64,000 nt of DNA, from positions 70,370,001-70,434,000 of the forward strand of contig OX597815.1 of NCBI GenBank assembly GCA_951406725.2. The letters run 5' to 3'. A model generated the notes under the pieces. That model searched no databases and was not told where the DNA came from. It worked only from the letters and a program-made list of their open reading frames with translations. Both the position numbers and the translations under genes were made by a program. Origin of the DNA: Octopus vulgaris (taxonomy: Eukaryota). This document shows positions 55,299-64,000 of this stretch, in pieces (the stretch's first letter is position 1; each line of letters starts with the position of its first letter).

Positions 55299-55629
55299 TT
55301 TCCGTACAAACATACTCATAGGTACATACGTATTAGATGTGTTTAGAAGGGACGATTAATGCAGTAGTTCGTATCATTATAATTATATATAATTATAACA
55401 ATGATACACAAACTTATATATATTTTCATATAAACATGTGATATGTTTATTTCTCCGTTATTTTTTTTTTCTTTATGGAGTAGTTGAAATCCTGCGGGAA
55501 GTGGAGAGGGGTTATTTACGTGATCTAATTGGTCATCTATTGTTTTGAAAGGCCTTGACTTATGGTTGGTTAATTGATAACCGATAAAATAAAACAAATT
55601 AGGCATATATATAATATATATATATATAA

Positions 55630-55697
<68 letters not shown>

Positions 55698-56065
55698 AAA
55701 ACAAAACAAAATGCAGGTGAATTCGAATTTATGGTTACAGTGACATGCTAAGGGGATATTATTTTAATATAATACATATGAGTGATAAATTATTACAAAT
55801 TTATTTTAAAAAACCTTCTATAACATTACGGTGATATTATCTAAAATGATATATATGAGAGATAAGTTATTACAAATTTATCATAAGTGACCGTATATAT
55901 CGTCTCAACATGTCGTTAATCGCTAAAATTACGCCCAGAATTCAATCTCCGAATCCTCACATATTCTCTTTTATATATATAACTATACCTACCTATTACC
56001 AAATTGTGGTCATTATAGGTAAAACTATGCTTTATGTATGTATATATATATATATATACACACAC

Positions 56066-56411
56066 ACAAGAGTTACAGAATGGAGTATGGGAAATCTGGG
56101 TTACATATGTTTCATAGCGAGTGAAACATCAGAAGTGGTAAAATCCAAGTGAGATGTATACCGCCGGTTACTCTTCAGGCCAAGGATTAGATTAAAGGCT
56201 ACCTTGTCACAAGTAGGTACATGGTGACGCAATTATTTCCGTGAACATGTACTTCCTTGCGACAATGTAGCCTTTGATCTAATCAAGATATCCTTGACCT
56301 GAAGATTAGCCGGCGGTATACACCTCATTTGGATTTTACCACTTCAGAGATTCCACTCGCTACGAAACGTATGTAGCTCGGATTTCTCATACTCCATTCC
56401 ATAACTCTTGT
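56066..56411. repeat. About 345-bp imperfect palindrome made of two head-to-head hammerhead-bearing PLE ends
   Basis: Arms are reverse complements. Each reads CUGAAGA-(G/U)UA(G/A)C...GCUA(C/U)-GAAAC-(A/G)UAU-GUA. Confidence 0.75.
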
Positions 56412-56765
56412 ATTCTTTTTCGCACACTCGGCAACCCTGGTTGCCTACGAGGAATATAAAAAGAGCTTTTTTTCAGCTCATCGTTCTTCGATAAGGGGAA
56501 AAAATCCGCAACCTTCCGTCTCAATAAACTACTATTGTTCTTGAAAGTCGTTCTTTTTATATTCACTACAGATTGCTCGAAGCTAACTTTTTTCCTACAC
56601 CTCGATCCCTGAATCTTACATATACATACATACATACATACATACATACATACATACATACTTACATACATACATACATACATACATATTCTCGATGTTT
56701 ACGCATTTCATGTTATTTGCACCGTTGGTGACGTCCTGTACCCATAGATGCTATATATATATATA

Positions 56766-57491
56766 CAGGGTGATTGGAAAGTAACTCCTTATTTTAAAAT
56801 GGTTATAATTTATTTATTAACTATAATTTTTTTCTCAAATTTGTTGTGTATGTTCTTTAATGTATGGGAATTGATTCCATGTTATTTTGTTTTAGCTTGA
56901 TTATTTTGTTCGAAATTTAGAAGCCCTACAAACATGGCTGGATGTTTTACTGTGCAGGAGCGTGCCCAGCTAGCTGCACATTACAAAGTTTAGAGATCAG
57001 TTGTTCAAGTGCAAAGATGGTGGAGGACCATTAGAGGAAGACATGCTCAAGTTGATGCAAAAAGATAATCAAGAATTGCTATGCAAAACTCATGACTACA
57101 GGATTTGTAGCTGATACTTGAAGTGGTCGTCCTTCCAATTCATCAAGGTCCGCATGACTGGCTGGCCAGAAGCCCTGATTTAACACCCTGCGGCTGTTTT
57201 CTTTGGGGTTGGTTAAAGGAGGAAATCTTCTCTACCAAACCAATGACTTTGGAAGAACTTGAAGGGTGAATACCAGAAGTTATGTCTTTCATTCCACAAG
57301 ACTTCCTGATGAAATCAATTGATATGGTTCCCAAGTGGTTTGAGAAGGTGAGTGGTGAATGCTGATGCCTATATCAAATTTTAAATAAAATTCCATGCTA
57401 TACACTTTCTTCAGTTATTCGTTTTTTCTAAAAATTATAGTTAATAAATAAATTATAAGTATTTTAAAATAGGGAGTTTTCAATCACCCTG
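56766..57491 (+). mobile_element. Internally deleted Tc1/mariner-superfamily element with about 65-bp TIRs
   Basis: TA-CAGGGTGATTG...CAATCACCCTG-TA. N-terminal HTH remnant (..SGRP) is joined to WLARSPDLTPCGCFLWGWLK. Confidence 0.85.
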
Positions 57492-57673
57492 TATATATAT
57501 GTATATTCTCTCTGTTTTTATTCCCTCTCTGTTTATTTTCTCGCGTTCCTTTCTGTTGAAGAGGGTAGACTCGAAACGTAAAAGACTTTCTCACCTTCCC
57601 GAGTGTTAAACTAATACACCTGTTTGTTGTTTACACACCAGTCTTCGTCTTTTGTTTTATTTTTGTAAATTCC

Positions 57674-57829
<156 letters not shown>

Positions 57830-57861
57830 ATGTATATGTATATGTATATGCATATGTATAT

Positions 57862-58739
57862 TGATACGAGGTCATTCGGAGAAAGAGTGCTTGTGGCCTG
57901 GTTTCGTGGTTGGCGCCAGGTAGACGGATAAAGCCTTTGTCCTGTCAATTTCTAGAGAAATTAATGAGTTTGGAAAATACCTCTGACCCTTTTCCGGTCA
58001 AGCAAAGTTTAAGAAACCACCCTTTAAAATGCAGCGAGCTGTGAGTTTGTTGGTCAGTTCTGTCTGAGACAGTGAGTTGGCAGCAGGTGTAGTCGGGAGA
58101 GGCTACGACAGGGATGACAGGCGTGGCGAGAAAGACATACACAGAGGTAAAGTTTTGTTGATGTCTTTTGTTGTTGAATTTTGGTGTTGATGTGCGTTGA
58201 AGGAAAAGAACTGAAAAAAAGAATTGTGACGTAAATTGTAATCTGTTGTAAAGAACTAAAAAAGAAAAAAAATTGTGTCAAAAAAAGAGAAGGAAAAGAG
58301 GAAAAAAAGAAGGGAAAAGAACATTGTGAATTGTGTTAAAGAAAGAGAAAGACTTTAATGTTGAAGTGTTTCGAACTGTATTGCGTGGAACATTATTTGT
58401 TTTGATTGTTTTCGGACGTTCTGTATCGTGCATGCCTTTGTTGTTTTCTTTTTAATTCTGTTGCATGTTATTTTCTTTAATGTATCTGCTATGTATCACA
58501 TTTTATTTGATGTTGTAATAATTGTATAAACTGTTGTTAAATGTAAGCAATTGCCTTCCGTCGTGTCTCTCTCTCTTCCTGTTGTTGTTGTTGTTATCTC
58601 CAGTCGCCGGTTCGAGTTCGTTGCCATCTCCACCACCGTTCTCTCTGTGGCAGATATCGTTCGACTAAGCCTGATCAATCGTCGTCGTTCGACTTAGTAG
58701 GGTCCCGGGTTCGAGTTGAGCGACGACAGGTTCGTAACA
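57862..58739. mobile_element. Probable solo LTR (Gypsy-like)
   Basis: TGATACGA...TCGTAACA termini, ATAT on both sides, about 880 bp non-coding, set in a (TA)n tract. Confidence 0.55.
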
Positions 58740-59121
58740 ATATATATATATATATATACATACATACTTAGAAATGGATGCGTAGCGATCAATCAATTTG
58801 TCGAAAACGTATCTTGTCGTGAATTGCTCGAAATACGAAGTAGAAAAACAGCCGACAACTGATGAAGGGTCATTTTGTTATGTTGCTTGTCTTGTTTTCC
58901 ATTTGTTTGTTTCGTTGTTCGCAAAAACAGCTCGTATTACATGCTTTCTTATTTAGTATTTCATGTTGTTTTCGTAATTCATGTTGTTTACGTTCTGTGG
59001 TGTCCTGTGCCCATATTTGCATATGTATATACATATATATGTATGTACATATATGTATTTATGCATATATATATGATAATTGTATATGTATATATGAATT
59101 CACCTACATATATATATAGAA

Positions 59122-59320
59122 GCTAGGATCACCAAGCATAGATTGGCATATTTCGGTCATATTATGCGGAGAAAATCCCTGGAGAAGGACATCATGCTCG
59201 GAATGGTCAGTGGCAAGAGAGGAAGAGGTCGACCAAGAACCCGCTGGCTTGACACCATCGAGAGGGCTACCGGAATGGACATAGCCAATCTGAAAGAAGC
59301 GGTCCAGGATAGAACTAACT
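59122..59320 (+). pseudogene. RTE-clade LINE 3' fragment
   Basis: YFGHIMRR.SLEKDIMLG.V.GKRGRGRPRTRWLD...LKEAVQDR. Confidence 0.8.
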
Positions 59321-59339
59321 TCGACTTTATGCACCTAGG

Positions 59340-59383
<44 letters not shown>

Positions 59384-60261
59384 CCTAGGTGCATAAAGGT
59401 TGAATGTGGATTCGTCCCTTAATTTGGCGGTTTCCAAAAAATATCTCTAATGTTGATTCACATATTTTGCTGGGAGTTTACAGGCGTAAATATGCGAACA
59501 TATGAAAGTACTACTTTCAAATCTTTGCAAATTTACACACACACGCACACAAACACACACACACATATATATATGTATATATATATATATAACTTATTTA
59601 TTATTTAATTGAACGCTCCGCATCCATTTCCAAGTAAGCTTATCTTCACATTTTTGATGCGATTCTATACTGTCTTCTTCAGGCATCCTTCTCTAGTTCC
59701 CTTTTTCTCCCCTTTCCTCCTTCACCGCTTTCTATCTGTTTCTTTCTCTTCCTCTTTCTTTTCCCCCCTCTTTCTCTCTCTCGTTGCTCACACGTAATCA
59801 TCGTCCATCTTTCTTTTCCTGCATAGTTGTTCAAAAGAACAGACGTGTTTTTTTTCTCTCTCTCTCTTCTATCTTCTCTCTTAAAAAAACATTTTCCTCA
59901 GCGTTCACTATTTTTATCTCGTTCTGGTCCAACGACCCTCCATATTTGTTTCTTTCGGTTTCTTTGTATATCTCCACTGTGTTGTTTTTATTCCCAACTT
60001 TGCCCCCCCCCCCATAAATCCTACATTTTATTTTAGAATTTATGGGAGCAACTGTCTTTGAAAACTTATATTGTCGTTCGTTGAATGCTCCAAATGAGGA
60101 TTAGATTGACAGCCGACAACTGATGAAGGATCCTTTCTCTGTGTTTACTTGTCCTGTTTTCCATTTTTTCTCTCGTTGTTTATGTATTTAACTCGTTTGT
60201 TTACGTATTTCATGTTATTTGCGCCGTTGGTGACATCCTGTACCCACATATGCATGTATAT

Positions 60262-60627
60262 ATATATAAACGGTAAAATGTCTGTCTGTGTGTGTGTGTA
60301 TCCTTTATATAAATCCACAATTTTTCAGTTAGAGGGCTCGCAGTTTCTATGGTCATTCAAAACCGGCCAAGGGTGGTCGTGCACATCTTTACATTTCCCC
60401 AGTCACCCCGCAAAACCATTAAAAAATCAATAGAAGTGACTTTTTTGTGAATTTTCTATCCAAAACCCAATCAAAATGCCCGAAACTTGATACGCCAATT
60501 GAATGCCAGCTAGCTGTATGTGATTGGTCGGAGATTTGGACAGTACTCGCATATATGTGCGCACGCATGTAGCTGTATATGCATGCACTAGCAATATGAC
60601 CCGGCGTTGCTGGGTCATAGTGCTAGT
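60262..60627 (+). mobile_element. Probable non-autonomous Helitron with palindromic 3' end
   Basis: TATATAAA..GTCTGTCTG start; ends ACTAGCAATATGACCCGGCGTTGCTGGGTCATAGTGCTAGT. Confidence 0.5.
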
Positions 60628-61108
60628 ATATATACATGGTCGAATACTCTTTATAATGGCGATATATATATATTGTTGTGTCTGGGAAGAACCATTCTCT
60701 TTTAGTGTCTTATTATTTAACACACTCACCAGTATAGTTTCCACTCATTTACTAATTTATTTTTCCTAAAATTTTCGTTATAGGCAGACATATAATTTGT
60801 TTTTATGCGAACTTGTATACAAAAATAATTTAATATCATACTGCAGGCCTACTTACTTTACGTTTCAGACAAGTACACATATTTATTAAACATTACTAGG
60901 AAGAGGTTGACAGTGAGTTCGAAATTTTGGCTGGCACGATGTCATTTACATATATTTATATGAGTGGAAACTTTACTGGTGAGTGTGTTAAATAATAAGG
61001 CACTAAAAGAGATTGACTCTCTCGAGACAAAACAAAATATGCTTCAATACACAAGTTCACATAAAGAATCTTGCAAATCAAATCCAAAAACGAAATATAC
61101 ATACTTCC

Positions 61109-61247
<139 letters not shown>

Positions 61248-61935
61248 TGTGTGAGTGTGTGTTGACATAGAAACAAACATTAATACACACACATACCTAT
61301 ACACATATACAGAAAGAGAAAGAGAGAGAGAAAGTGTGAGAGAGGCGAATTGGTAGAACGTAGAACTAAGTTGTGTTGTTTGATTATAACCCTTCTCGGT
61401 GAGTTCAAATCCCACTCTCGTCGATTTTTACCTTCACTTCAAGATGATTTGTAAAATCAATAAATAAATAAAAGGATCGACATGAACGAAACCCTTCAAA
61501 GGGGTTTCTTCGTTTGAATGGCAGTCTATAATGGTTGAAATCAGTGAAAGAGCACCCCCGTATACACCGACATACATGCATTCAATCGTACATACGCACG
61601 TATATACATACACACATTCATACGTACAAATACACACACACACACATACATACATGCATACATACATACATACATACATACATACATACATACATACATA
61701 CATACATACGTACGTACGTACGTACAGTACGTACGTACGTACGTACGTACATACATACATATGTACGTACGTACATACATACATATTTATAATTTGTTTT
61801 TTATGCGAACTTGTATACAAAAATTATTTAATATCATACTGCAGGCCTACTTTATATTTCAGTCACGTACACATATTTATTAAACGTTACTAGGAAGAGG
61901 TTGACAGTGGGTTCGAAATTTTGGCTGGCACGATG

Positions 61936-61971
<36 letters not shown>

Positions 61972-62030
61972 CACATATATACATATATATATATATTTAT
62001 ACATACATGCATGCATACGTACATACATAC

Positions 62031-62122
<92 letters not shown>

Positions 62123-62309
62123 ATAAGAGACAAGACATGAATAATGGTCAATACATATGTTTTTTTATTGTGGTCAGTTTGACTTACACCTGTTTCCAGT
62201 AGTCAACATAGGTTCGTTATGATAGGTATACTCAATCGACCCACTGATCGTTTTAGAAACATTGGACGACCTAAAAAATTAATGCTACTCGCGTCAGTCA
62301 TTCCATATA

Positions 62310-62427
<118 letters not shown>

Positions 62428-64000
62428 CATACATACACCCGCTTATCTTATACACACACTAATCTGTGTATACAAATGAACGGCTGCCTTTGATTAAATG
62501 CACTCATGTTCTTTCAATCTTTAAGTGCTTTGATTCCCAGAACTTGTGTCCCCTTCGAGTACATAAGGCAACTACTTCTATATCAGTATTTGACTTATTT
62601 TATCGCCCTTGGAAAGATAAAAAGCAATGTCATCCTGGATGGATTTGAACCTGTAATATTAGGAGCTATAAGCTAATACCGCAAGGTATTTTGTTCAGCG
62701 CTTCACCAGCCTTGCCATTCGGCTATCTGTGTATTAATACTAAAATCTTATATAACATGCACGCGCGTGTGCGTTTGTGTGTGCATGGGTGCATGTGTAA
62801 CTGTGTGCATGTGCATCGTATCGTCAACCTTGTGCATTTTGGGGTACATACACCCATATATACATACACACACGCACATAAGCTCGACTGAAGTTTCGTT
62901 ATCTCTATGTATGTATGTATGTATGTATGTATGTATGTATGTATGTATGTATGTATGTATGTATGTATGTATGTATGTATGTATGTATGTATGCATGCAT
63001 GCATGCATGCATGCATGTATGTATGTATGTATGTATGTATGTATGTATGTATGTATGTATGTATGTATGTATGTATGTATGTGTGTATGTATGTATGTGT
63101 GTATGTATGTATGTATGTATTCGTTTCTCTCTCCAACTATCTATCTATCTAACAGGTTTTGTTGAATTTTCTGCTCCTTTAAATAAAGCATATTACTCTA
63201 CCACTGGTATTTGAGTACTCTTTTTTCCACCTTGTTTCACATTTATGTGTTTACTCCGGTATATATGTATATGTATATATATATACTAGTATACATACAT
63301 GCACGATTATATATTTGTATGTATGTATGTATGTATGTATGTATGTATGTATGTATGTATGTATGTATGTATGTGTGTATAGATTCGATTGTCTGAATTA
63401 CTTCTTGTTTTTAATCTCATCTATGAAGTTTACAAGAAAGTTAAAAACTTTGTTGATTATAAACATTATTTCATTAGTTGTAATGAATTGCTTATTTACG
63501 GGCCTTTCAGGTTTCATTTAATTGTAAAGTTCTTTTGCTCTTCCTCCTCGGTTAATTTCCTCCCGCAAAGAGAAAATAATTGAAAAGCTTTTCTCAAAGA
63601 AATAACAGACATTTAATTTTTTGTTCTTTATCAATACAAGCCAAATTAATGAAAATGAGGAATCAATCACTTATACTCTGAACCTGTATAGCTTTCTCAG
63701 TTTTAGATGCAGAAATAAATATAAAGAAAAACCATGGTATATTAGGAAGATCTTATGTATCTTGTTTGTAACCATTCTTTAATAGAAAAACTGCTATATT
63801 TTATGTAAACCATCATAAGATATAGTACATAATCTTCATAGGTTTATATTATAACTGAATATATATTAATATAATAAATCTTTGCACGTTAACGAAGGAT
63901 ATTAAGTAAAATAATGTTATAATTTTGTGAGTTGGAACTGCTTTCTATTTCTCCTTGCGCACAACACTCACCAGTAGTTATCATAGATTGAACTTACTTC

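Noticed and set aside
58850-58875. ACAACTGATGAAGGG motif (also about 7981-, 27449-, 60117+) as a hammerhead
   Set aside because: Only the CUGAUGA half is present. I could not place stem II and GAAA, so it is not called.

Overview
Eukaryotic, AT-rich, microsatellite-saturated intergenic or intronic DNA. The SINE families and (TA)/(CA)/(TACA) load suggest an octopus/cephalopod genome (inference). No host gene is confidently identified, and most ORF-track entries are microsatellite translations. The centrepiece is a very young Penelope-like retroelement (PLE) at 9314-14463 with an intact RT + GIY-YIG frame and a 1.5-kb inverted pseudo-LTR. Its RT frame is overlapped by a 5'-truncated upstream ORF at U_UUU_UUA_GGG, the same heptamer as the HIV-1 gag-pol slippery site. 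The phase is exactly that needed for a -1 ribosomal frameshift, and the first RT-frame AUG lies inside the conserved PLE N-terminal motif. The window also holds about a dozen hammerhead-ribozyme motifs in PLE ends, usually next to (TA)n. These include a U3-A8 covariant, a retrozyme-like 588-nt unit and head-to-head pairs. Also present: two decayed CxCx5Cx5C-type PLEs, a tandem array of composite non-autonomous Helitrons with a CTAG|TC junction, Tc1/mariner relics, MITEs, R4/Dong-, RTE- and CR1-type LINE fragments, a solo LTR and many tRNA-derived SINEs.
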